A stretch of 64,000 nt of DNA from Felis catus (Eukaryota). A model generated the notes under the pieces. It was not told the origin of the DNA. It was given only the letters and a program-made list of their open reading frames with translations, and made no database searches. Numbering within the stretch: the stretch's first letter is position 1; every line of letters begins with the position of its first letter. The position numbers and the translations under genes are program-made. Below are positions 1-12,924 of the stretch, piece by piece. The stretch spans positions 116,624,001-116,688,000 of the forward strand of contig NC_058373.1 in assembly GCF_018350175.1 (NCBI RefSeq), written 5' to 3'.

Positions 1-197
1 TATTTATTTCTGAGAGACAGAGACAGCGTGGGCAGGGGAGGGGCAGAGAGAGAGAGAGGGAGACACAGAATCCGAAGCAGGCTCCAGGCTCTGAGCTGTC
101 AGCACAGAGCCTGATGCAGGGCTCGAACCCATGAACCATGAGATCATGACCTGAGCCGAAGTTGGACACTTAACCGACTGAGTCACTCAGGTGCCTC
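1..197 (-). mobile_element. Carnivore tRNA-derived SINE (CanSINE), tail cut by window edge
   Basis: Reverse complement shows the gaggcacctgagtgactcagtcggttaag head, tRNA-like body, (CT)n tract and AATAAA. Confidence 0.95.
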
Positions 198-2987
198 AAG
201 AAGAGTTGTTCTTAATCTTACCTTCTATCCCAGTAAAGTTTACTGTTTCCATATTTTGCCTTCCATTTCCCCTCTGCTTTTGGTGATGCGGAGTCATGTT
301 TGGGGGTCTTTGTTTTATTACTTGAGAGTCTGTTATTAGCACAGTGCCGTGCATCCAGTAGGTAAGTGTTTAAAGGAGCCCTCCATACTGCTGTGGGATC
401 CTGACTAGAAAGTGGTTTGGGAGTATCTGTTAAGATGTATCATGGACGCATGTATAGCTTGTATGTTACAACCCTGCGGACGTGTTACTCAGCATCTACT
501 AATGACATGTGCATCCTCTGGGTGGGGCATGGACTCCAAGGGCAATGGTAGCCTCCTGTCACCCTCATGATCTCCTTTCCTTTCCGCCATTAAATTCTGT
601 TGAAGATGTGAAATCCTGCAGATGGGCTCGTAGCCCAGGCTGAGCACTTTTAATTTGATTCTCTCCTTTACTTTTTTAGTTAAAAAAAATCTCAACATAG
701 TAATCTTTTAGATAAACATGTTAGAATCAGCTAAATATATTTTTACCTCTCAAAATGTCTTCTCCCCATTTTGATCCTTCTCCCTTTCCCTGTTGAAAAT
801 CACCAGGTGTGATTTTCATATCCTATAAGCCCATCACCGTCATGAGCCATGGTTCCTGATTGCAGTGCCCTTGGTGAGTGTGTTGGGGACAGAAATACTG
901 TCAGTCCCCTTTGTGTGGCCTTCCTCCTCCTGTTCCCACTCCTGCTTGCTCATCACAAGAACCAAATCCCGTTCTTCACAAAGACGAGGTGTCTCCACCT
1001 ACTTCAGCACCCTTTTATCAGCTCTTCATTCCGTTTTGGAGTGCAGCCTCTTCATTCCCGTCCTGGATCTCAAATCTATACCCCTTTATCTTTGAAATCG
1101 TTATTTCTGTACCAGTACCAGAGGATTCCTTCATTCAGCAAACATTTATGCACAGTATGGTGGGGGGAACATGATTGCTTTAGTACCCAGTAGACCTGAA
1201 CCAAGATTGCATCAGAAAACAGGAGATTGTTTTGTGCGGAGCCCTAGGAAAACAGTCCCTTCATTGTCTCAGCACCAGCTTGAAGGGGCAAAGGAGAGAA
1301 CCGTGTGGTAACCTGGGAATTAAGGGCAGCAGGGAGGTAGAGTGGGAATGTTGAAGGCACACTGGAAGGGTGCCTGAGGTTTGGGTCACACTCCCATGTG
1401 CTTCTTTCTGCAGCATGCCCGCCTCCCTTTGGGGCCAGTTGGAAAGCCGTGGGCTGGTTACTATGGGAATTGATGGGTGCTGCTGGCAGCGAGAGAAGCA
1501 GAGTTCTTGGAATCGGTCCCAAAATCCTAGGAGAGCAGGGTTTTCCTCCCTCTGGCTTCCCTGCTTACTGTTCTTGGATGAACGAGGTTGATTTTAGCTT
1601 GGGGAGAGCATTTCCAACAGCTCCCCTCTGGCGCCCTAAGGAGAGCTGGGGGCTCCTCGGCAGGCGGACTTCACAGAGGGCAGGGCAACACAAGGGATCA
1701 CCAGGTTGCCCCCCATGAACTTGTTTTCGCGGTTGGCTTCTCACGCTTCAGTGAGCTCGGAATGCAATTCACGCTTCTGTTTCTTTTTACTCTGTCAGGG
1801 AATGTGCCACGGACAAGGAGAGGGGAAGTCAGTATTTAATTCCAGAACCACAACCTTCCCCTTCTTCCCTGCCATTACCCCTCACCAAAAAGGTGGGGGG
1901 CGTTGGGTGTGTGTTCCAGGGTTGGCGATTCTGAAGTGTCAGAGGTAGAAAGCAGATGTTTTAATGAAGTGATACCCGAATTGGAAAACAGCGGGTTCAA
2001 AATACATTTTATAAGTCCTCTTTCATTAATTTGATTAATCGTTAATTTTTAAAAGCTCTACCATTGTGTGTGCTCGTTTATTTTTGTAACTGCTCATGAA
2101 TATGGAATGTAAAGTATTGATTTTTTTCCCTAAGAAAACTATTTGGCTTGAGGAGGGAAGAATATTAAATTAAAGTATCATGAACATTATAAAGTTTAAA
2201 AGGACAGAAAGAGCTGCTACCCCCCCCCCCCAACATTTTTGTTTCAGTTAAGTGTTTTCTCTTGTTTCTGATTCTTTTACCACTAATGAAAACCTTTTTC
2301 AGGGGAAAGGTTTTCTTTTGATTTTCGGAGATTCTGCTGAATTCCTCCTGTAGTTGTAAGAGGACTGGCTGTCTAGTTCTATTCAGACCCTGACTTTGGG
2401 GTCTCAGAGGTGATGAGTCACTTGGCAGAGCAATCATGAGATGTTGAATTGGCTTGTGATTTGGATGATTTTTCTCTTGAAGCTTTAATGCTCCTTTTTA
2501 ATCCATTTCATTTCCCTTTTCTGGGGGGGGAGGGGAGGGAGGGGCTGGGAAGGAAGGCCAGTCACACACAGGCCTTGCTTGCCCTCCTTGACCTTCAGAT
2601 TGGGGAGGTAAGGTGGTTAAGAAAAAAAAAAAGTACAGGGAAGGGTGTGGTATATTTTGCTAGAGATGAATTGCTTCACTGTGGCAAAGTCAAGTGTCCT
2701 TCTTGGGGAAGCAGCAGAAGCCTTCCCGGAGGAGGCAGCTATGGAGTCTTGGCACAGCCCCAGCTCTAGTATTTCAGTGAGTCAAGGGCATTATTATCTG
2801 AACTGGACCTGAAAGAATAAGTAGCGTCTCAACAGGTGTTTTCCTTTGTTTTTCAGCCTGAGAATCACTCAGGGTCCTGATTTTATTGGTGTGCTTCGAT
2901 TTATACCTGTGAAACACTTTAGACCTAGTGTATGTATTCATCAGAGTGCTTGCAGAATGCCAGACAGTCTACACTTGGGTTATAAAT

Positions 2988-3006
2988 GTGCCACCAGATG
3001 GAGGGG
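2988..3006 (+). promoter_or_regulatory. Candidate CTCF-like motif
   Basis: gtgCCACCAGATGGAGggg; one deviation from the CCACCAGRKGGC core; motif match only. Confidence 0.3.
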
Positions 3007-3599
3007 GCAAGTAATACCGTGACGGAGGGGAGCATAGGGTGCGGCGGGAGCCTAGAGAGAGGAGGGCCGCTAACCCTGAGGATGGGGGGTGGGGGCGCCG
3101 GGGCCCAGGCATGGGAGTCAGCTCTGTAGTGGCTCCCTGACACCTGTCATTCCGCCATGAAATAAATGGAGCTCCTCCGAGTTGAGAAATGGGAACACTT
3201 TCTCCCAATGAGGAAGCTGAGGCTCATGGCGTGTCAGTTCCTTGTCTGAAGTCAGTCCGTTTTCAGTTGTGTTAGCACTGAGATTTGAATGCGTGGCCAC
3301 AGACGTTGCCCAGAAACCCCTAAACCTTGCAGAGTAGTTCCTGAAACCCCTGTGTTGTCCACATTGAGGCTAGTGAGGCAAGTCTGCTGCCCGAGGCCTA
3401 ACCTGTACGTGGCAGAGTTGAGATTTCAGTGGTGTTTTTTCCAAAATGCATACCTTTCCACAGAGAGAGCCCACCGGAAGTTCAGTAGAAAGGGCACTAA
3501 CACAAGCTTGAGGAAGAGGTGGCCCTTCAACTGGGCACAACAGGGTGGATGTAATTCGGAATTAGGCACTTTATCAGTGGCCACTCAGTACGTATGGAA

Positions 3600-3850
3600 C
3601 ACAGGAGAGAAGGCATGGGAAAAGGTAAAGAGAGGAGTGTGTTCAGGTAAGAGAGAATAGTTCACTTTTCCTGGAGTGATGGCTGTGTAGAGGGGTGTGG
3701 GGGAAAAGAGTTGAAAAATCAGGTTGAAACCCACTCATCTAGGACTTGGAGCACCTAAGGAATTTGGACCCTTTTTATGTCGTTATTGAGAAACCACTGA
3801 TGGTTTAGGAAAGATCACGAAACCTAGTTGTTTGTTTTATGAACTATAAT
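3600..3850 (-). mobile_element. Degraded L2 fragment
   Basis: aaggaatttggacc...gagaaaccactgatggtttt...gatcacga resembles antisense L2. Confidence 0.45.
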
Positions 3851-4419
3851 TCTGATTATATAAATTCTCAGAATCTTGTCAACCCGATGAATTCATGGCT
3901 GTGAGGTGACTGGAAACGTGGTATTGTTATAAATCTGTTTGAATGGTGGTATTTCTGGGGCTTATTTTATGTACACAGTCACTAAGTCTGCCATAGATGG
4001 AGGTTATTTATGGGTCTGTTTCAGGTCCAAAGTCTTGTACAGGGAGTTTTTCCCATGGGATTTAGGCTGGTAAGCATTTAGGCAGGAGAGCCCTATGTGG
4101 CCTTTCCTGGGCTGGCTTCCCTAGTCCCAGAAAAGAACCAGCTCCAGCTCCAGCCAGGCCTCTAGTGGCCACTGTCCTTGTATTATTGGCCAGAAGTTCC
4201 CAAAGGGCTCTGGTTGGGCTTTTAGCCATCTAGATTATTTATAAAAATATATCCATCATACTGCTATTTGGAGAGGATTATAATTTTATACTTCTTAATA
4301 AAAATTGTCTCATTTATGGGTATCGTTGTAAGAAGGAGATTTGTTCAGCCCTAGTTAGGATTGATGATGAAGCACATTTTCTCTTTGAGCCCAGAGGTGG
4401 TGGCACAGAAGGACACATA

Positions 4420-4550
4420 CACTCTGTACAATTCCTGTAGTCAGGTGCTGTGTTTGTCTTGTTTCATCGTTGTCTGTCCATGGCTGGATATAGCGTGTGG
4501 GACACAGTAAGTCCTACATACATACTTGTTGAGTAAATGTTGGATGAATC
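4420..4550 (+). mobile_element. L2 3' end
   Basis: tgtttgtcttgtttcatcgttgtc...gacacagtaag...tacttgttgagtaaatgttggatgaat, typical L2 terminus. Confidence 0.6.
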
Positions 4551-4606
4551 TTGGATAGTTGTTCCTATGGCGTAGCTATTGTAGTTGATGAAAAAAACTG
4601 GTTACG

Positions 4607-4772
4607 TTTTTATTCAGAGAGAGAGAGAGAAAGAGAGAGAGAGAATCTTAAGCAGGCTCTGCAGAGTCAGCACAGAGCCCGCTATGGGTCTCAAACTCAT
4701 GAAACTGTGAGATCGTGACCTGAGCCGAAATCAAGAATTGGATTCTTAGCCTGCTGAACCACCCAGATGCCT
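4607..4772 (-). mobile_element. CanSINE (older subfamily)
   Basis: SINE body; TSD ctggttac(g/a)ttttta on both sides. Confidence 0.92.
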
Positions 4773-4789
4773 CTGGTTACATTTTTAAA

Positions 4790-5010
4790 AAAAAAAATTT
4801 TTTTTTTCAACGTTTATTTATTTTTGGGACAGAGAGAGACAGAGCATGAACGGGGGAGGGGCGGAGAGAGAGGGAGACACAGAATCGGAAACAGGCTCCA
4901 GGCTCTGAGCCCTCAGCCCAGAGCCCGACGCGGGGCTCGAACTCACGGACTGCGAGATCGTGACCTGGCTGAAGTCGGACGCTTAACCGACTGCGCCACC
5001 CAGGCACCCC
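4790..5010 (-). mobile_element. Young felid SINE (SINEC_Fc-type)
   Basis: Diagnostic ggcgcagtcggttaagcgtccgacttcagccagg head and tgtcccaaaaataaataaacgttg tail; TSD acatttttaa. Confidence 0.97.
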
Positions 5011-5757
5011 ACATTTTTAATTAAGACTCCTTTCTCCTGGTTCTAGATGTTTTGTTAGAGATAAAGATTTTAAAACCCTTTTTGATATGTTGCTTCAAAA
5101 TGTTAATAACACTTTAAACTTCTTTTAGGATAAAATAACCAAGTGGAATAGAAGTAACTAAAAATATAAAATCTTGTAGGCTAATTTAAAAAATACAGAA
5201 TGTGCATTACTGGCATCCTCTCCCATTCTCTTTAGAAAGGGTCACTACTCTAAATTAATATATCTCCTTTCTAGCCAAGATTTCATTTTACTTGACTCAA
5301 AGCCCACAGTATAGATGCAAGAACAAGGTTTGCCAAAGCATGGAACAGTAATAAGATTTTTTTTTGTTCCTGGCAACCTGGAATTAATTTCTGTAATTCT
5401 AGTAATTAATTATGGAAAAAAATGTTATTTTGTTAACATTTAATGGAAAGTTGAAATAAATGTGTATAAATATTAAGTGTGATTTGTTTTCTGATAGAGT
5501 GATAGCAGAATATGAGGAAAAGCTGATTATTTGAAGATTTGATCAAGCTAATAGAGCCTTTGTTTCTGTGACTGCTTACATTTTCTTCTCGATGGTATAG
5601 CATGATAATATGGCATGCTGCACACCGAGGTGATTGTTGGAGTATCCCTTGGAAACTTGTGGGCATCGTTCATCTGGGAGCCAGTTTATAGTAATGTGTG
5701 GGGAGATAAATTTTGTGCTTATAGGTTGGTATTAAGTTTAAAAAGTCCTGAGATTTG

Positions 5758-6033
5758 GGGCACCTAGGTGGCTCAGTTGGTTAAGTGTCCGACTCTTGAC
5801 CTCAGCTCGGGTCGTGATCTCACACACAGTTCTTGAGTTTGGGCCCTGCATCAGGCTCTGTGCTGACAATGCGGAGCCTGCTTGGGATTCTTTCTCTCTC
5901 CCTCTCTCTCTGCCCCTCCTCCACTTGCGCTTTCTCTCCCTCTCCCTCTCCCTCTCCCTCTCCCTCTCCCTCTCCCTCTCCCTCTCCCTCTCTCTCAAAG
6001 TAAATAAATAAAATCAAATATTAAAAAAAAAAA
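5758..6033 (+). mobile_element. CanSINE with expanded (CCCTCT)n tract
   Basis: Full head-body-tail; TSD aaaagtcctgagatttg. Confidence 0.95.
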
Positions 6034-6529
6034 AGTCCTGAGATTTGATTTTTATACTGTAAGAGATTTCACAGTGGTCATTCTGTCTCTGGAAAATGTT
6101 TAGACTTCCTTAATTCTGTTTTACATTTTGCAGCTCAATATCTAGTGTTAGGAGATAATTGATGCATTATATATAAGGCCTTAGTGGGTACTGCCTACTG
6201 TTTCTAATATTTTTTTATAAGGAAATTATCTTTTAGGCTAATCAGTATATCAGTTTTGAAAACTGTTGAAATTTAATCACCGATAAAGGATTTTACCTTT
6301 TTATACTTATTGTAGTTCCTTGTATTCCTTCCAATGGGCTTCCGAAGGGGTAAAAATGACATTGGTTTTCAAACCACGTGCCACATGCCAAATTGAAGCA
6401 GAGAATGTTGTCGATATTTAATGTACTTGAGATGATTTAGGCAACAGGACCCTTGGGAAACCAACAAATATATTTGCAGGTGCCCTTTCTTGACACTTGC
6501 TGTTAAGACTCAATGATTTTTCTTTTTAA

Positions 6530-6745
6530 GTTTTTTTTTTTTAATGTTTATTTATTTTTGACAGAGAGAGAAACAGAGCATGAGCAGGGGAGGGGCAGAG
6601 AGAGAGGGAGACACAGAATCCCAAGCAGGCTCCAGGCTCTGAGCTGTCAGCACAGACCCCGATGCGGGGCTTGAACCCACAAACTGTGAGATCATGACCT
6701 GAGCCGAAGTCGGACGCTCAACCAACTGAGCCACCCAGGCGCCCC
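6530..6745 (-). mobile_element. CanSINE nested in the tail of a short SINE
   Basis: Full SINE; taagttt on both flanks. Confidence 0.95.
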
Positions 6746-6853
6746 GTAAGTTTGTTTGTTTTTAAGTAATCTCCACACCCAACTTGGGGCTCGAACTCAC
6801 AATTCCGAAATCAAGAGTCTCGTGCTCTTCCACCTGAGCCGGCCAGGTGCCCC
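6746..6853 (-). mobile_element. Short CanSINE (tRNA-like head, no CT tract)
   Basis: Reverse complement ggggcacctggccggctcagg...gagttcgagcccc...gagattacttaaaaa; outer TSD ctca(a/g)tgattttt. Confidence 0.85.
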
Positions 6854-7372
6854 TCAGTGATTTTTCTTGATGGTTACAATCTTGTTATGTTAAGCAGGTT
6901 AAGTAGAATGATTTCCATGTAGAATTTAGATTTTTAAGACCAAACTGAGCTTGAAATATTAGATGGCAGAAACATGCAGCTGTAGTTAGAGTTGCCGCAA
7001 CCTCTGTCTTAGAAAGGAAGGGGGTCAGCAGGGACAGCTTCCATGTAGTGGTGCAGTAATGACTCATCTTCTCCTCCTGGTGCAGAAAATAACTTGCATT
7101 AGGTGTGCCTTCTCCCAGCCTGTGAGCTCCAGGAGTCCACCTCTTGGCACTTGGCTTAGGTGGGAGGGAGAAGAAGAGCCTAGAGTTACAGTTTTTTTTA
7201 TCTGTTGGACCCACAAGAGATAAATAACATATGAAATCCAGACAGTCTTGGACATGTTTTTCTTTGGTTATCAGTTCCTGTCCAGGCAATGCTATTATAG
7301 TCATTAAAACAAAACAAAACAAAACAAGACATTTTTGAAGGTTAGAGGTCAGTGGTGTTACAAAGTTCTGTT

Positions 7373-7387
7373 TGTGTGTGTGTGTGT

Positions 7388-7420
<33 letters not shown>
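7373..7420. repeat. (TG)n microsatellite
   Basis: About 24 TG units with one TA interruption. Confidence 0.98.
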
Positions 7421-7424
<4 letters not shown>

Positions 7425-10004
7425 ATACTCTGAGGTGGGGCTCTAGTTTCTGGCTATACTTAGCAGGTGCATTAGGGACACAGCCAGGTAATTCATGTTT
7501 CTGAAAGTAATACCCATAGACTCCTGTCAGGTGCCCAGAGCCTTTACAAATAGTTGGGAGCGACAGCCCTTCTCAGCCCTCTGTGGACACAAAGAATGAC
7601 TTCATTTACTTCTGTGAGACCAGTATAAAATTCTCAATCAAATTAGCATTTACTCTGAAAAAGTAGAAGTATGCCATTTAGTACTTTTCTTTGGGTTTAT
7701 AGGAGAATGTTTTGAAATCAGAGCAACTTCGGAAGACATAAGCTTAAAAAATTCCCAGACTCTCCTGAGTTGTAGTTCTTAGAATAGGGAAAGAATATGC
7801 CCCAAGCCTCTCAGTGCCTGAGACTGTTTCCCATACACTGTTCCTGGGTTGACATTTCTTTTGCTCATCGTGGGAGATCAGGAGATGTGATTTTTTTTTT
7901 TTTTTTTTTGTACTCAGCCCATGTACTGTGCCAGACTGTGAGAAACAAGGGTGACCTCTTTTTCTCTGGCTTCTGGAGAATGGTATTGACATTAGGCATT
8001 GTTGAGCCAGGCCCAGGAGGTATGTGCCACCCACTCCTTGTTTGCAACTCTGGACTTTACCGCCATGTACTGTTGAGTTACAGATTTTGTATTATGTGAG
8101 GGGATTGTGAATGATCCCCATAGCTTTGGGAGATTTTGAAGAAGGTGATGATGTGGTCCTTGCCACCGAGGCCTGGACTAGGCAGCTGTCTATTCTTGTT
8201 TTGCGCCCGTAAGAGCCAGTTCCTAAACATGGAGGCACCTCCACCCCAGGGCCTATCGGTGCCCAGGGTTAGAAGGCTGAGTGAAAGCTAGCAGATGCCA
8301 AATTTAAGTATAAACAATTAAGTACTGAAGTATAAAAACTTTAAAAATGGGCTCATTCTATTTGGGCAGAGAAAACTTGTTCATGGGAAATAATTGTAAT
8401 TAGTGGAAAGGAACATACAATCTGATTGCTGCATTGACAGTTTTTATGTATCCCAAGGTAGAAAGAAAATCAGTGTATCAAGCTGAAAATACAAGTAGGA
8501 GCTTTTGATTTCTGGTATCTGAATGCGGAGGGTTGGGGCAGGGAATAAGTTAGAGAAACTCTGTTGTTCAAGAAGTGTGACCTCCTCCATGTTCCGTGAT
8601 CCTAGAGGATACTCAGTTGTCTGGTGCTTCCATGAGAGTCTAGGATTAGAATCAAGGTACAGTTTTACCCCCTTTGGAGAAAGTATTTGTTGATTGATCA
8701 CGGTCTACTCCACGTATTAAGGAAGATAAGCAGTTCTCCCCCATCTCTGGTTTTCTGGAGAGAAGTTATCAGCCAGAAGCTGAAGCTGAATCCTGTTTAT
8801 CTACACAGATTACTGTTTCTTTCTTGGAAAATTTGTTTGAAAACCAAATTAGATTTTAGCTTGGCTGAATCTGTCCATCTGTCTGAAGTCTGCTGTGAAT
8901 GGTAGGCACTGGACATTCTCTCTCTGATTGGTTGTGCTGCTGGTTAGCTAACTAAATGCATATGTGCTGTATGGAGATATGCATTTGATACTAATATTGG
9001 CATAATTACTTCTTAATTAAATGTAAAACACTGATAAGTGTACAAGTCTCTGACATTTGTTGATTTTAACAGCTGGATGACAGATACTTCTTACCTGAAT
9101 TTCTCTTGCGAAACACATTTTCTGTCCCAGTTAATTGTAGTTGTTGTGCCAAACAAAATAAATAAATAGATATTAGGTAGCTTGCCGGGGTTTCTAATTA
9201 AAATTAAATAGTTTGCCTTTTTGTTTATTTTAAAGACTTCCTTTTTGCTGACGAGGTAAGTAATAGGTGCTGATTTTGGAGGATTTGGAAAATAGAATGG
9301 GACAAAAAAAATCCTCATTTATGTTCTTATTATTAATATTTTTAAATTAAAATTATTAAAATATTCAAACCATAATTGAGAGTGCATTTGCCAGTTGATG
9401 AGCTGAGTAGACCCCACAGAGAGAGAGAGGGCACGTATTCGGAAAACTTCACAGGACTGGAGCTGTCTGTTGGGTGTCTGTGGTCTTCCAGAACGGAGCA
9501 CAAGATTAAAACAGTGCCAGAAACTTGTGTGTGTGTTTGAAGTTGTACGAGCCAGAATTGGAAACTTCATCTTCTATTCACTTTTACAATTAGTATTGTG
9601 GTGAAAGGAAACTTTGTAAGACAAAATAAAGAATAAAGCTTGAAAATCTCTTCATTCAGATGTTCATAGCTGAAATAAAATGCAGCTTAGATCTGTCTCT
9701 CCAGTGTGGCCTCCTGGTGCCCCAAGTGAGCCTGTGGTGCATTTGGGCTGTTGGATTTCCCAGCACTTTGGGATTGCCTTTAAAATGATGGGGAACAATG
9801 AGGTCAAATACTTCCCTCGAGGTTCTGATCCCCCTGCCGATGCAAGACTCCCGGTATGATACCTGGCGTCACTAGCTAGTGGGGAGTTTACCGTGGTTTT
9901 TCTTCTTCCGTAGCTGTCCTGGGATTTTTTTAAAACCCTACCTTTGATTTTTTTTTTTTTTTCCGGCTTTGTGTTCTCTGGCTAAAGATGCTTTCTTGTG
10001 GCCT

Positions 10005-10345
10005 TCAGCACAGCCCTGTGAGGAGGAGGAGGGGGCAGGTAGCCTCATCCCATTTTACACATGAGGAAGCTGAAGGAGCTTGTCTGAGGTCCTTTGACTG
10101 TATATGGCAGCTACCATTCTTCTTCTCTTAGGGGTCTTAACTTTCTTCTCTTGGTTGTCTTCCAGTGATAATAACACCAACCACACCAATGATTTTATAA
10201 TAGTAAGAGCTGACCTTTATCACCTGCCACATGTCAGGCAGTGTTGTACGTGCTTTTGCATGTACTCTTACTCCCATGGAGTAGGTGTTACCTTCGTTTT
10301 AGAAATGAAGAAACTAAGGCCCACAGAACTTGCCCGAGGTTTGTA
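10005..10345 (-). mobile_element. Two MIR fragments
   Basis: MIR core motifs cccattttacacatgaggaagctga and gttttagaaatgaagaaactaaggcccacaga. Confidence 0.65.
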
Positions 10346-12479
10346 ACACTCACGTGATAGAGTAATTGTGAATCTGAAATGAAAATACGTACAATTACAA
10401 GCAGGTTCGAAGCTCTCATGAAACGATGGTAGTTATGATGACTATGGCATGTATCCAGTTATAATTTCCACTTCTGTGTCTTTGTCTTCATTAGCCATTG
10501 AGTTTATCGAGGGCAGTTGGATGTGTCTTGCTGGCTGCGGTAGCCCCCGGGCTTGGTCCGAACTTCGTGCCCTGTTACTACTATCGTTGAATGGTCCTTT
10601 CAGTGTTTGGTGTGGCTGTCTTCTGGGGTTTAGGATTTGGTGTCATTTTTGCTCTCCATCGTCTGGTTAATCACCTGGTTCGAGTCATCATGCTGAATCT
10701 GCGTGGATTGGTGATTTATTGAACTCATAGGGGCTAATACTTTGACCACCCACCTCCTTGTCCCCCCACTGCAGGTCCCCCTGGGACTGGTTGTGTTGTG
10801 AGGCATTGACTCACTTGAAATGGCCTGTGTGCTAACTCTAGCCACTGGAATTCTGTTATTTTGAAGAGGCTCTGGACACTTAAAACAAGAATAACATGAA
10901 TTTTTTAGTTGAGATAAAGAGAACTTACTGAAATTGGCTGAAAGAAGTAGAATTTGGGGAAGCTGAAAATGTTTTTGCATTAGGATGTTCTTGGTCCTTT
11001 GAACTGTAGCCAAGAGACTCTTCATAACAGCCTGCATTGAAAATCCAGTTGTAAAAAAAAAATGTGACAACACATTGTGGCTGTTTTGTCTTGTTTGAAG
11101 TTAGGCTGGGAGAACAAGGCTGTTACTCTCAGTGGGGTGCTTACTCTTTGAGCCAGCCTGTTCCAAAGTGGGAGAGTTGCTGCTGGAGTCAGGACTGAGC
11201 AACTTTCTTGGTGGTGGTTGAAACCAAAGGGACACCAAGAAGGCTGCAGCTGTTTTGATACTAGGGTTTCGATCTTTGGTTTGCTAAAGCTCTGTTTTTA
11301 ATTGCCATTGATAAGCAAGACACTATCCCGAAGGAAGGACTATTTAGATTCTAGTTTTGGTTCCAATTCCGTAGCTCAGTGTGGATGATTTGATTGGCTG
11401 GGATAGAAAACTCCACATGGCTTTTGTTTTTCTCTCTGAACAAATGAAGTAACCTTCGTTCTCTTAGGAAGGGTAATTGAGATAATGGGTAAAATGCTAC
11501 CTGGTGAGTAGCTTATTCCTGTGTTCCTAGGGAGTGGAATTCACCTCTGTGGGTCTCTAGGATATAATGAACGTTAGACCTAAGGCTACGCTTCCTGCAA
11601 CAGGGAAGTCTCCAGCTCCTTTTTTTTTGTTCAGATAGAGAGTACCTGGAAGTCACGGTGATTTTGATAACAAACCAGGAAATATCCATATATTTAATTC
11701 CATCACAGGAACCAAGAATGACTTTCCTAGCAGAAAATGCCCACATTTTCTGCGTATGGTGCAGAGTCAGCACCACTAGCTCAGGTTTGGAGGCGGGGTG
11801 GAGAATGTCTCATCTAAGCATGACTTTTTTGTGTTTATGGAGGTGCCAGTTTCCTGCTGCTTTTCTTTCCTTACTTGTTCTGCTGCCGTGTGCTTTGTTG
11901 AAAAACCCTGTGTCATATGCCAGAAGACTGATGAAAAGTCTATGGGAGAAAAACCTTAAAGACTGAAAAAGTTCTCTGTCACCAGTTTCATTTGTTTTGT
12001 GAACAGGAAGAAGACGTCTGTTGTCTTATTTTTTATCAGGGGACTGTATTTTTCTCAGATCTTCTAGCTTAGTTTTTAATCTTAACAATGGCATGTGTTC
12101 ATTGTAAATAATGCAAACAAATAAAAGGAAATTAAAAAAATAAAGTAAAAATTACCCAGATCCTAAACCCAACAGTATATTTTAACATTTTGTTAAATAC
12201 CCTTATATAATTTTTCTGTACACCTACAACATAAAAATATTTTTATATTCTGTTATGTTTCTGTTTTGGGACTTCATTGATTTTTGGTCAGTCCTATAAC
12301 TGATGTCGATAGATTTATTTCTCAGGGTATCCATTTATAGCTAGAGAGTATTTCCCCAGGTTTCTGTACCCAGTTATGTAAAATGCTCTAAAATCTTTGT
12401 AAGAGGAGGAGGCCATTAATTAAGCATAACTTCAGAGAAGTTATTTAGTCTGGGTTGCCAGGTTTTTCATATAGTTATG

Positions 12480-12900
12480 TGTAAATAAATGATGACTAAG
12501 ATTTCTTAAACAATACTGATGAAAATTTTTCTAGAGTTATTGTACACTTGTAGCATGTTTAAATGTATACTTTGGCCCCAGGAATTTATTTCTAGGAATT
12601 TGTCTTAGTGAAATGGAGAGCACGTACAAACATGTCTGTACCATGTGTTCACTGCAGCATTGCTTAAGGTAAAAATTTGGAAATTATGTGCAGTAATTTA
12701 TGGCTCTATTCAATACTGTATCCAGCAATGCGTCCATAAAAATGTACATCTTAAAATATTTGAGAGAAGGGAAAATAGTCATGTTATAATAAGAGAAATG
12801 CATGTTAGGAATTGTACACAATGCCCACTTTATGAAGAAAAAGCGCTCTATTCCTCCAAATATATTTATTATTTTATACTTAAATATATAGATACATGCA
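12480..12900 (+). mobile_element. Ancient L1 (L1ME-like) fragment
   Basis: tttggccccaggaatttatttctaggaattt...gtgttcactgcagcattg...aaaatttggaaa resembles late ORF2/3' UTR. Confidence 0.55.
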
Positions 12901-12924
12901 CTCACAAATAGTTTGATGTTTTTC

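Noticed and set aside
6770..6853. tRNA-like sequence (also 25217-25290) as a real tRNA gene
   Set aside because: Degenerate stems, SINE-type 3' extension and A-tail, plus a TSD at the first locus; these are SINE heads
10549..10595. ggcttggtccgaa resembling a Y RNA 5' end
   Set aside because: No matching 3' stem or poly-T terminator; the context fits a decayed L2 3' end
10630..11073. 147-aa minus-strand ORF (similarly 6885-7322 and 21865-22314)
   Set aside because: No recognisable domain and no supporting splice structure; lengths are compatible with chance and they are antisense to the inferred host
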